Of a stretch of DNA of 35,519 nucleotides, positions 8,140 to 16,231 are shown in pieces; position 1 is the first letter of the stretch, and every line of letters begins with the position of its first letter. The notes under the pieces were generated by a model. The model was not told the DNA's origin. It made no database searches and saw nothing but the letters and a program-made list of their open reading frames with translations. The stretch comes from an uncultured Pseudomonadales bacterium. Its GTDB lineage: Bacteria; Patescibacteriota; Microgenomatia; UBA1400; UBA12108. The position numbers and the translations under genes are program-made. Location of the stretch: positions 1 to 35,519 of the forward strand of contig CAYNKT010000002.1 in NCBI GenBank assembly GCA_964397885.1. Direction: 5' to 3'.

Positions 8140-8973
8140 CTAGGTAGTGGAGAGGGACATGATGCGAAGAAGAATTTCGTCGGTTGATTTGGGATCGCCT
8201 TTGAGTTTGATCATGACCTTGGTCTCGCGACGGCTCCTGGTGATTTTGACGGCAGTAGTCTCGCCTAGGGCGTCCTGTAGCTTGTGTTGCATCTTGATGA
8301 TGTCGTCAGAAACGATAAACTTGGCACTCCCCTTGCTTTTGGGTTTTTCGTCAAATTCTTTTTTGAGCCGGCGAGCTATCTCCTCGGTGCGCCTGACTGA
8401 GGCATCCTCACGAAGAACGAGCTTGTAGGCCTCGATCATAAGGCGGGTGTCGTCGATACTTGCGAGAGCTCTTGCGTGCCCCTCGGTAATGAGAGTTCCG
8501 ATCAAACCATCTTTGAGAGCGTCTGGTAACTCGAGAAGTTTGAGGGTGTTACTAACATAGGCGGGGGACTTGCTGATTTTGGCAGCAATCTCGCCATTAC
8601 CAAGCCCAAACTCGCTCATCAGGCGGTCAAAGGCTTTGGCTCGTTCGATCGGGTTGAGATCGCTGCGCTGCACGTTTTCGACTATTGCCATCTCGAGCAT
8701 GCCTTTGGGAGTGGTTTCTTTGATAACTACAGGGACACGCTTAAGTCCAACATATTTGGCTGCTCGCCACCGACGCTCACCAGCGATAATCTGATATCCA
8801 GCAGGAGTATGAGCAATGACAAGAGGCTCGAGAATGCCGTGCTCTTTGATCGAGTCTACGAGGTCAGCTAGACTGTTTGGGAGAATGGTGCCACGAGGCT
8901 GGAGAGGGTTGGGCTCGATCTGGCCGATGTCCATCTCTTGTAGGATGTCGGGTTTTTTGGCTTTGTCTGTCAT
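8140..8973 (-). CDS. parB: ParB/Spo0J-family chromosome partitioning protein
   Basis: The ParB N-domain contains QPRG and the arginine patch IIAGERRWRAAK. An HTH region follows (GEIAAKISKSPAYVSNTLKLLELP). Confidence 0.85.
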   Translation of the reverse strand: MTDKAKKPDILQEMDIGQIEPNPLQPRGTILPNSLADLVDSIKEHGILEPLVIAHTPAGYQIIAGERRWRAAKYVGLKRVPVVIKETTPKGMLEMAIVENVQRSDLNPIERAKAFDRLMSEFGLGNGEIAAKISKSPAYVSNTLKLLELPDALKDGLIGTLITEGHARALASIDDTRLMIEAYKLVLREDASVRRTEEIARRLKKEFDEKPKSKGSAKFIVSDDIIKMQHKLQDALGETTAVKITRSRRETKVMIKLKGDPKSTDEILLRIMSLSTT

Positions 8974-9036
8974 GACAAAAGGTTACCATGAAAAGACTGC
9001 TGTGAAAATATGACGGAATGGATCAGAATAGAAAAA

Positions 9037-9282
9037 TTACTTGACTGTGACGAACTGCTTGCCCAGACGAGTGATAAAGGTAACAACGCCGTCCCGCAAT
9101 GCAAAAAGCGTGTAGTCGCGACCTACCCCAATACCCTTGCCTGCTTTGACACGAGCTCCGTTTTGTCTAATGATGATGTTACCGGTTTTGACGAGCTCTC
9201 CCCCAAATTTTTTGACACCGAGACGTTTGCCTGGTCTTGTGCTGTGCTGGGCTGTTGCTCCACCTGACTTTACGTGTGACAT
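9037..9282 (-). CDS. rpmA: 50S ribosomal protein L27
   Basis: [38 protein letters not shown]......[17 protein letters not shown] matches the L27 consensus. There is no N-terminal propeptide. Confidence 0.9.
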   Translation of the reverse strand: MSHVKSGGATAQHSTRPGKRLGVKKFGGELVKTGNIIIRQNGARVKAGKGIGVGRDYTLFALRDGVVTFITRLGKQFVTVK

Positions 9283-9308
9283 ATTTGTTAATTTTTATTT
9301 ATTAAATT

Positions 9309-10418
9309 CTAATTCTTAATTAATGTTGTTATCTTGCGAATAACAACTGCGCCGGGCTTGCTATAGCTTACCTGGCTTGCGATATTGTAACCGAGTGCGG
9401 TTATGGTGTCAACGGAAATGGTTGGGATTATCTGGGGAGTTCGCCCTGACTGGTGCAAGTGGAACTCGGGGATTACAAGACAAACTACTCCTCTAGGCGC
9501 GAGGATTTTGACCCATTCGCGGAGACTGCCACGGTAAAGCTTGTCGAGACCTCTGGCGATGTTTTTGACTTTGTCCAAGTCGGGGAGAGAGCGAGACTCG
9601 AGGAGTGGACCGAGATAAGGTTCAGTGGCGATAAAGTCGACTGACTGGACGTGCTCACTGATATGAGTTGCGTCTGCCGTTATCAATTGGTAAGAATCTG
9701 GCTTGAGGGAGTAAGTGTGAGAGAGCCACTCTAGGTTGGCACGAGTGCCGTCTATGGCAGCCTGATCATTGTCACTCCCTAATACTGAGAGTTCTGTGAG
9801 CATGGCTTCCATGAGGATCGTGCCTGTACCACAGAATGGATCGAGGAGTGTGCCACTTTGACCGCGAGCGGCGAGGTTGACCATGATCCGGGCAATTTTG
9901 GGTGGTAACATGCCGCGTTTGATGTCCTGGTATGGTCTTGCACGGTCGCGACCGCTCCAATCTAACCCATCGGACAACCAGACTGTTTTGGCAATCGTGA
10001 TCTGTCCACGCACCTTGATTAGATTGAACTCCGAGACGTGCTGAGACCTGAGCATGACAATTTCGTGCTCTGCGGTATCGGTACTAACTAAGCGGATGGG
10101 GCGCACGGCGGCTACTTGTTTTTTGAGAGAGAGAAGGTCTGGGATTGAAAGCTCGAGATCTGCGTAGTCGGTAATGGCGATGTTTTTGCTAGTGTCCTTA
10201 GTAATCTCCTCCACGAGTCCAGATAAGCATGAGTCGGAGTCTACCTCCCGCAGTCCCTCCGCAACCTTGAATGTGCCTCCTAGCTTGTCTAGCTGGGTGA
10301 GTAAAGACGGCTCGGCAATCTCGACGATATTATCTGTTACCCCTGAAGAGGTATATCCCAGAGACTGTAGCTCCAAAAGCGAAAGTTCTCTAGCGTGACC
10401 GAGGAAAGCATAGTACAT
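9309..10418 (-). CDS. Putative RNA (tRNA/rRNA guanine-N2-type) methyltransferase, UPF0020/Trm11-like
   Basis: The C-terminal Rossmann domain carries GMLPPKIARIMVNLA and motif I LLDPFCGTGTILMEA. A degenerate motif IV, FIATEPYLGP, stands in place of (D/N)PPY. The N-terminal ~150 aa are an unassigned (possibly THUMP-like) domain. Confidence 0.6.
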   Translation of the reverse strand: MYYAFLGHARELSLLELQSLGYTSSGVTDNIVEIAEPSLLTQLDKLGGTFKVAEGLREVDSDSCLSGLVEEITKDTSKNIAITDYADLELSIPDLLSLKKQVAAVRPIRLVSTDTAEHEIVMLRSQHVSEFNLIKVRGQITIAKTVWLSDGLDWSGRDRARPYQDIKRGMLPPKIARIMVNLAARGQSGTLLDPFCGTGTILMEAMLTELSVLGSDNDQAAIDGTRANLEWLSHTYSLKPDSYQLITADATHISEHVQSVDFIATEPYLGPLLESRSLPDLDKVKNIARGLDKLYRGSLREWVKILAPRGVVCLVIPEFHLHQSGRTPQIIPTISVDTITALGYNIASQVSYSKPGAVVIRKITTLIKN

Positions 10419-10421
10419 ACG

Positions 10422-10449
10422 TTAAGTATTAAGTATTAGGTATTAAGTA
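10422..10449 (-). repeat. Four tandem heptamers, (TACTTAA)(TACCTAA)(TACTTAA)(TACTTAA) on the minus strand
   Basis: The plus strand reads ttaagta ttaagta ttaggta ttaagta. The repeats lie in the 50-nt rplU-methyltransferase spacer and end 3 nt before the methyltransferase ATG. Confidence 0.8.
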
Positions 10450-10468
10450 GCAAGAGGGGAAAGAAAGG

Positions 10469-10894
10469 TTATTTGGCGGGCTTCTTAGTGGCGGGCTTTT
10501 TGGCGACGGGTTTTTTGGCTGGAGATTTTTTGTCTGCGAGGATAGTGGCTTTGGGTTTTGGGGATTCTTGAACTTTTTTGTCGCCAAGAGCGGTGACCAT
10601 AAGAATAGTGTGTGACTGGCGATGACCACGGTTTTTGCGGTAGCGGGACTTGGCTTTGTACTTAAATACTCTGATTTTTTCACCTTTTTTGGCGTCTTCG
10701 ACGACCTTGGCAGTGACTGTAATCCCGGGTACTGTGGGAGTACCTACAAGAACATCCTCACCACTACGGACAAGGAGAACTTGGTCAAAAACTACGTCTC
10801 CCGTGACCTTGCCAAGAAGCTCTACTTCTAGGGTAGATCCCAGACTAACTTGGTATTGTTTGCCACCGGTTTGGATGATCGCGTAATCTTTCAT
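10469..10894 (-). CDS. rplU: 50S ribosomal protein L21 with Lys/Ala/Pro-rich C-terminal extension
   Basis: MKDYAIIQTGGKQYQV...KIRVFKYKAKSRYRKNRGHRQ is the L21 core. It is followed by about 38 extra residues ending KKSPAKKPVAKKPATKKPAK. Confidence 0.9.
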   Translation of the reverse strand: MKDYAIIQTGGKQYQVSLGSTLEVELLGKVTGDVVFDQVLLVRSGEDVLVGTPTVPGITVTAKVVEDAKKGEKIRVFKYKAKSRYRKNRGHRQSHTILMVTALGDKKVQESPKPKATILADKKSPAKKPVAKKPATKKPAK

Positions 10895-10914
10895 AATGGG
10901 CGTATTTTAACATA

Positions 10915-11985
10915 CTATTTTATTTCAAGCGAACCCTGGGGCGCAGTACGCCTTACAACTGCGCCAACAACACCGAGCGCGAGGGCGATGCCCAAGATCG
11001 AGCTACCGCCGTAACTAATAAGAGGGAGAGTAACACCAGTAACTGGTGCCAGGCCGATATTCATGCCGATATTAACGGCGGTCTGAAAAAGAAGGGAGCC
11101 AAAGATCCCGGCGAGCACTAAACGATCTTGTTTGTTTTTGACTTGGAGAGCGTGATCCAAGATCCTATAAAGCAGGCCCCCGAGAATGACGAGACAAAAT
11201 ATACTACCAGCTAGCCCAAGTTCCTCGGAGAGCGAGGCAAACATAAAGTCGGTGTGACGCTCAGGGAGAAAACGTAGATGAGACTGGGTGCCGTGACCCA
11301 GTCCTTTGCCTAGAAGTCCACCCGAGCCGACCGCGATAACTGACTGGATGACGTTATAGCCAGATCCTAGCGGATCTAATCCTGGATTAATAAATGATTC
11401 GAGGCGTTTGAGCTGGTAGTCGTGGAGAAAGAGCGGGGATAGCCTGGCTAGCCCTATCGCCAGCAGTCCACCCGTACCAACGAGCAACCAACTAACCCCG
11501 GAGACAAAAACTTGAGTCAGAAAAATTGCTAGTAAGACAAGCGCCGTGCCGAGGTCTGGTTGTTTGTAGACGAGTAAGAAGGGAATGGCAAAAAGAACCA
11601 AGTGTCTGACAAGATTGCCAAGATTATTGATGGGGTATTTGGTGAGGCTCCAGGCAAAAAAAAGCGCGAGCAGAGGCTTAACAATCTCACTTGTTTGGAG
11701 CTGAAATCCCCCTAACTCTAGCCAGCGGGTTGCCCCTCGGATTGTCTCGCCTAGGAGGTAGGTTATGAGGAGGAGAAAAATCGAGAGGTGGTAGGCGTAT
11801 TTGGCAAGCGCGGTAAAGATGTGAGAGTCTTGCGAAGAGATATATATAAAGATGACGAGTCCGGCAAGGAGAGAGATCGCTTGCTGAGGTAGTCTGTCGG
11901 GCGAGATCGAGAAAAGCATGGTGAGACTAAGGGCTGACGCCAGGAGGTATAGAGTAACGATCCATAAATCAATCTTTTTGTTCAC
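10915..11985 (-). CDS. SEDS-family peptidoglycan glycosyltransferase (RodA/FtsW-like, second copy)
   Basis: It is a 10-TM-like protein with SEDS motifs (RWLELGGFQLQTSE, KQPDLGTALV, PERHTDFMFA, GVTLPLISYGGSS). The start is GTG, preceded by AAGGGAG. Confidence 0.8.
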   Translation of the reverse strand: MNKKIDLWIVTLYLLASALSLTMLFSISPDRLPQQAISLLAGLVIFIYISSQDSHIFTALAKYAYHLSIFLLLITYLLGETIRGATRWLELGGFQLQTSEIVKPLLALFFAWSLTKYPINNLGNLVRHLVLFAIPFLLVYKQPDLGTALVLLAIFLTQVFVSGVSWLLVGTGGLLAIGLARLSPLFLHDYQLKRLESFINPGLDPLGSGYNVIQSVIAVGSGGLLGKGLGHGTQSHLRFLPERHTDFMFASLSEELGLAGSIFCLVILGGLLYRILDHALQVKNKQDRLVLAGIFGSLLFQTAVNIGMNIGLAPVTGVTLPLISYGGSSILGIALALGVVGAVVRRTAPQGSLEIK

Positions 11986-11992
11986 AGCTCCC

Positions 11993-14794
11993 TTATGTTA
12001 GCAGAATTTGGAGCTCGCTACCCCTAACTAGCTCGGTAGCACCTGTTTTGTCTTTGATCATGTCCTCAAAATCAGCTGGCCAGTCAGGCAGTTGTACCTT
12101 GACCTTTTGGGTGGGAGTGAGACCTGCCTCTTTGCGGGCCGACTGAATGTCGCGCACCAAGTCGCGTGCCCTACCCTCCTCGACAAGAGTGGGAGTGAGC
12201 ACGGTGTCCAGGTCGACCGCCAGGTCTTTACCATTACTAGCCTTCACCGACTTGACGTTGAGCTCGTCTTTGACAAGCTCTATAAGCTCGTCACTAAGCT
12301 CGATTCCGGTAACAGTGAGCGCATCCAGCGGCTGACGAACCCTGATACCTGCCTCTTTGCGAGCTGCATGGGCTTTTTCTACAACAAGCATAACCATTTT
12401 CATATTGTTTTCGAGTTCAGCTGAAATAAGCGACTCGTTAACGGTCGGCCAGCTTTCTAAGTGAACGCTATCTAGTTTGCCACCGATGTTTTGGTATACT
12501 CGCTCGCTCATAAATGGCGTAAGGGGTGCCATAAGAAGAGAGTACTTATGAAGAACGTAGCCAAAGACTTGTTGGCTGACAGTATCTACCCTTAACCTTT
12601 CGCGCGAGAGCCTGAGATACCAGGTAGAGAGCTCGCCAACAAAAGACATTAGTAGTCTACTACTTGTCACAACGTCGTAGTTGTCCATCCCTTTTGTTAC
12701 CTCCTGAGTAAGGTTTTCTACCATTGAAAGTAGCCACTTGTCTAGCGGGTGAGTTACCTGGCTAGGCAGCTCTAGTTGCGAGTCGGAGATGTAGGAATGA
12801 TAAAACTTAAAGACGTTCCACCAGATATTCATGACGTTTTTTCTCACATCGTTGACCTCGTCTTCCTTGAAATTGAGGTTTTCGGCTTTCATGACCGGTG
12901 TACTCATGAGATAGAGTCTGAGAGAATCTACTCCGTATTTGTCGATTAGATGCGTGGGATCGGGATAGTTTTTCTTGCTCTTACTCATTTTGGTACCATC
13001 TTCTGCGAGGATGGTCCCGGTAGTAACGGCATTCTCAAAAGCAGGTTTGCCAAACAAGGCAACAGACATGACATGGAGGGTGTAGAACCAGGCTCGAGTT
13101 TGAGCGATGTATTCGACTATGTACTGAGCTGGATACCTGGACTCAAATACAACTTTCCCCTCAAACGGATAGTGTACTGAGGCAAAAGGCATACTGCCTG
13201 ACTCGACCCAACAATCAAAAACCTCGGGAATTCTGTGACCTATCTCACTTTTATCGTCGTCTACGTAGACTGCCAGGTCGTCAATATATTCTCGGTGAAT
13301 ATCTGTGAGATTTTGTGCTTTTTTCTGATCGACCGCCCATTCTACAAGCTCCTCACGGCTACCGATCACTCTTTTTTTGCCGGTTTTGTCACCCACCCAA
13401 ACAGGCATGGGAGTCCCCCAATATCTACTCCTACTGATGTTCCAGTCCGGAGCTGTCTCAAGACCTTTGCCGAATCTCCCTTGCTTGAGATGGCTCGGGT
13501 ACCAATTGATGTTGTCGTTATTTTTTTTGAGTTCGGGTTTGAGACGTTTGATATCTACAAACCAGGCGGGTACGGCGTTGTAGTAGAGGGCAGTACCACA
13601 ACGATAACAGAATGGATATGAGTGAGTTGTGTGACCTGCCTCATACATAAGACCTCGACTGACGAGACTCTCGATGATCCAATCTTGGGTTTTGGCGTAG
13701 TATTGCCCTTTGAGTGGCTCGACAAAATCAAGAAACTTGCCTTGATCATCGAGCATGGGCACTGTACTTAGATTTTCTTTGAGCGCTAGCTGGTAGTCGT
13801 CTTCGCCATAAATTGCTGCGGTGTGAACTATTCCAGTACCTTCGTTAAGACTTACGAAATCGGCTGCACAGACCAAAAAAGCGTTCTTGCCATCCTCGAC
13901 CTTTAGATAATCGAAAACTGGAGTGTAACTGGACCCTACCAGCTCGCTACCCTTTACAGTTCTGAGAACTTTTTTGGTTTTGAGGGATTGTGGGATCAAG
14001 TCACTAGCAAACCAAAGATTGCCGTTATCCGTCTCGACCAATGCGTAGTCTGCACCTTGTATGACAGCTAACCCGACGTTACCTGGCAAAGTCCAGGGAG
14101 TGGTGGTCCAGGCAACAAAAAATTCGTTATCCGTGCCTTGCCTGGGGAACTTAACGTATACAGAGTGTGAGTCAACTTCTTTGTAGCTATTGTCCATGGC
14201 GATCTCAAAGTTGGAGAGAGGTGTTGAACATCTGGGACAGTAGAGGATGACTTTGCGACCTTGTTTGATGAGATCTTTTTCGTAGAGCTGCTTAAATGCC
14301 CACCAGACAGACTCCATAAAGGTAACATCCATAGTTTTGTACGAATTTTCCATGTCTACCCAGCGGCCAAGTCGCCTAATCATTTTTTGCCACTCTTTGT
14401 CAAAACGTAAAATGGCAGAGCGACAGGCGTCATTAAATTTGTCTATACCTAGTTCCTCGATGCCCTTTTTCCCGCCCTTGAGCCCTAGCTCTCCCTCGAT
14501 CATGTTCTCGATAGGTACGCCGTGACAATCCCAACCCCAGGTACGCTCTACTCTATATCCTTTCATTGTCCAGTATCTAGGAACTACATCCTTGGCGGTG
14601 CTAGCGAGGAGATGACCGTAGTGGGGGAGTCCAGTTGCGAAGGGGGGACCATCATAAAATACGTAGGGTTTGTCCGAGTCTCTTTCGTCGACGGAGCGCT
14701 TAAAGACGTTAGTCTCATCCCAATAGCTAAGCACCTCTTCTTCGTGCTGGGCATGATCAAGTGCTCCGCTAGTAAGATTTTTTAGATCAGTCAT
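11993..14794 (-). CDS. ileS: Isoleucine--tRNA ligase, eukaryote-like (type 2)
   Basis: The HIGH region is DGPPFATGLPHYGHLL, the type 2 signature rather than PYANG..H.GH. KMSKS is present (GTKMSKSKKNYPDP), as is the CP1 editing domain (WTTTPWTLPGN). An AGGAGGG SD lies 7 nt upstream of the ATG. Confidence 0.95.
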   Translation of the reverse strand: MTDLKNLTSGALDHAQHEEEVLSYWDETNVFKRSVDERDSDKPYVFYDGPPFATGLPHYGHLLASTAKDVVPRYWTMKGYRVERTWGWDCHGVPIENMIEGELGLKGGKKGIEELGIDKFNDACRSAILRFDKEWQKMIRRLGRWVDMENSYKTMDVTFMESVWWAFKQLYEKDLIKQGRKVILYCPRCSTPLSNFEIAMDNSYKEVDSHSVYVKFPRQGTDNEFFVAWTTTPWTLPGNVGLAVIQGADYALVETDNGNLWFASDLIPQSLKTKKVLRTVKGSELVGSSYTPVFDYLKVEDGKNAFLVCAADFVSLNEGTGIVHTAAIYGEDDYQLALKENLSTVPMLDDQGKFLDFVEPLKGQYYAKTQDWIIESLVSRGLMYEAGHTTHSYPFCYRCGTALYYNAVPAWFVDIKRLKPELKKNNDNINWYPSHLKQGRFGKGLETAPDWNISRSRYWGTPMPVWVGDKTGKKRVIGSREELVEWAVDQKKAQNLTDIHREYIDDLAVYVDDDKSEIGHRIPEVFDCWVESGSMPFASVHYPFEGKVVFESRYPAQYIVEYIAQTRAWFYTLHVMSVALFGKPAFENAVTTGTILAEDGTKMSKSKKNYPDPTHLIDKYGVDSLRLYLMSTPVMKAENLNFKEDEVNDVRKNVMNIWWNVFKFYHSYISDSQLELPSQVTHPLDKWLLSMVENLTQEVTKGMDNYDVVTSSRLLMSFVGELSTWYLRLSRERLRVDTVSQQVFGYVLHKYSLLMAPLTPFMSERVYQNIGGKLDSVHLESWPTVNESLISAELENNMKMVMLVVEKAHAARKEAGIRVRQPLDALTVTGIELSDELIELVKDELNVKSVKASNGKDLAVDLDTVLTPTLVEEGRARDLVRDIQSARKEAGLTPTQKVKVQLPDWPADFEDMIKDKTGATELVRGSELQILLT

Positions 14795-14996
14795 ATGATG
14801 CCCTCCTATAAAACAAAAACCCCAGGGATATTCCCAAGGGTCTTAGTGACGGTTCCACCTTTTGTTTAACTTATGCTGCTGTTACGGGCTTACCCGGGAA
14901 AGTCTAGAACTTGGCTTAGCGCAAAGTTTTCTTTTTCCAGTGTCCTGCCTGAGGCGGGAGGCGTGGAGTGATTGCTCCACTCACTTTTGTTAACTT
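14795..14996 (-). promoter_or_regulatory. T-box riboswitch leader (Ile specifier AUC) controlling ileS
   Basis: All elements are read on the minus strand.
- **Specifier hairpin:** GUGGAG-CAAUCA-CUCCAC at 14963-14980. The loop holds AUC (14972-14970) followed by A.
- **Antiterminator:** AAGG-UGGAACC-GUC-ACUAA-GAC-CCUU at 14836-14861, which is helix A1, the canonical 7-nt UGGNACC bulge and helix A2.
- **Terminator:** its 5' arm (14832-14841) reuses the CCUU strand of A1. Confidence 0.72.
14810..14841 (-). terminator. Intrinsic terminator of the ileS T-box leader
   Basis: The RNA reads ACCCUUGGGA-AUA-UCCCUGGGGU followed by UUUUGUUUU. That gives 8 Watson-Crick pairs, one G-U pair and one mismatch, immediately 5' of the SD. 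Confidence 0.7.
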
Positions 14997-15002
14997 GGAG
15001 TT

Positions 15003-15011
15003 AGTATAACA
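15003..15011 (-). promoter_or_regulatory. Extended -10 promoter element (TGTTATACT) for the ileS leader
   Basis: The minus strand reads TGtTATACT between the ftsZ stop (15023) and the specifier hairpin. I do not see a clear -35. Confidence 0.45.
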
Positions 15012-15022
15012 CAGTGGGAAGA

Positions 15023-16159
15023 TCAGTTGTTTTGGCGTAGGAAAGCGGGGATGTCGAAGGGGTCGTCAGAACTGCTACCTGTATCTCCTGGGGTGTCGTT
15101 GTCATCGTCATCACTATTGTCGTCGTTTTGAGAATCATCAAATTGAATGGTGGGGGTGGTACGAGTACCTGGAGTGGGTTGAAAAGTGGGGAAGCCACTA
15201 CGAATATTGTCAAAGCCAGTTGCGATCACGGAGATCTTGATCTGGTCGCCCATACCCTCGTCGATTGTAGCCCCAAAAATGATGTTAGCATCGGGATCGG
15301 CGTGAGTACTAATCATCTCGGCTGCCTCGGAGACTTCGCTCATGGTCAGATCAGCGCCACCGGTAATATTAAAGAGAATGCCGCGGGCTCCGTCGATTTT
15401 GACCTCAAGGAGCGGTGAAGAGATCGCGGTCCTGGCGGCCATTTGTGCACGGTTTTCGCCGGTGCCGAGGCCTACACCCATAAGTGCGGTGCCAGCGTCA
15501 GTCATGATTGCCCGTACGTCGGCAAAGTCGACGTTAATTAACCCTGGAACTGTAATGAGATCCGAGATCCCCTGCACGCCTTGTCCGAGAACCGAGTCGG
15601 CTACTCGAAAAGCCTCTTGGAGCGTCATCTTTTTGTCGACCACGTCAAGAAGTTTTTGGTTGGGAATCACGATCAGGGTGTCGACTTTGTCTTTGAGATC
15701 GTCGATCCCGTCCTCGGCGACTGTCATCCTGCGAATACCCTCAAAGGAAAAGGGCTTGGTTACGACCGCGACGGTAAGAGCGCCTGCTTCTTTGGCTAGC
15801 TCGGCAACAACAGGAGCAGCTCCTGTGCCTGTACCACCCCCCATACCAGCCGTAATAAATACCATGTCCGTATCAACGAGCATTTCTTTGATTTTTTCGC
15901 GGGACTCCTCGGCTGCCTGACGTCCGATCTCGGGGTCTGCCCCACTCCCTAGCCCTTTGGTCAAGTTTTCGCCGATCTGCAGCTTGCTTTGCGCGGGACT
16001 AGCCAGGAGTGCCTGAGCGTCGGTGTTAATCGCCACAAACTCTACTCCCTTGATCTTGCCTGTCATGACCATGGTGCTGACCGCGTTGTTACCGCCGCCA
16101 CCTACCCCCAAAACCTTGATTTTTGCGACTGCGTTGATATCCGGCTTTACTAGACCCAT
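15023..16159 (-). CDS. ftsZ: Cell division GTPase FtsZ
   Basis: The tubulin signature [11 protein letters not shown] is present, with NTDAQAL. An acidic linker leads to the C-terminal peptide [12 protein letters not shown]. Confidence 0.95.
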   Translation of the reverse strand: MGLVKPDINAVAKIKVLGVGGGGNNAVSTMVMTGKIKGVEFVAINTDAQALLASPAQSKLQIGENLTKGLGSGADPEIGRQAAEESREKIKEMLVDTDMVFITAGMGGGTGTGAAPVVAELAKEAGALTVAVVTKPFSFEGIRRMTVAEDGIDDLKDKVDTLIVIPNQKLLDVVDKKMTLQEAFRVADSVLGQGVQGISDLITVPGLINVDFADVRAIMTDAGTALMGVGLGTGENRAQMAARTAISSPLLEVKIDGARGILFNITGGADLTMSEVSEAAEMISTHADPDANIIFGATIDEGMGDQIKISVIATGFDNIRSGFPTFQPTPGTRTTPTIQFDDSQNDDNSDDDDNDTPGDTGSSSDDPFDIPAFLRQNN

Positions 16160-16231
16160 AGATTTATCTTATCAAAAAGACGTTAATTTTTATAGACCAG
16201 GGCAGGCAGGAAACATGTTTAGTATACACTA

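Noticed and set aside
9309-10418. Possible Prp (L27 propeptide protease) system between rplU and rpmA
   Set aside because: The intervening protein is a 369-aa Rossmann-fold methyltransferase, not a ~110-aa Cys protease. L27 also begins directly at the mature-type SHVKSGG sequence with no propeptide.
14944-14951. Recurrent 8-mer CCTGCCTG/CAGGCAGG (14944-14951, 16203-16210, 26976-26983, 26989-26996) as a possible dispersed repeat
   Set aside because: There are four occurrences against about one expected in 71 kb of two-strand sequence, and two of them are the arms of one palindrome. There is no extended flanking similarity, so this is too weak to call a repeat family.
15342-15920. 192-aa plus-strand ORF, and similar long antisense or alternative-frame ORFs (for example 5351-5809, 6136-6555, 17172-17528, 24626-25033, 30329-30730)
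   Set aside because: All lie entirely inside strongly supported genes (ftsZ, flippase, helicase, ftsA, murA, ftsI). Their low-complexity Ser/Pro/Arg-rich translations are typical of shadow frames.
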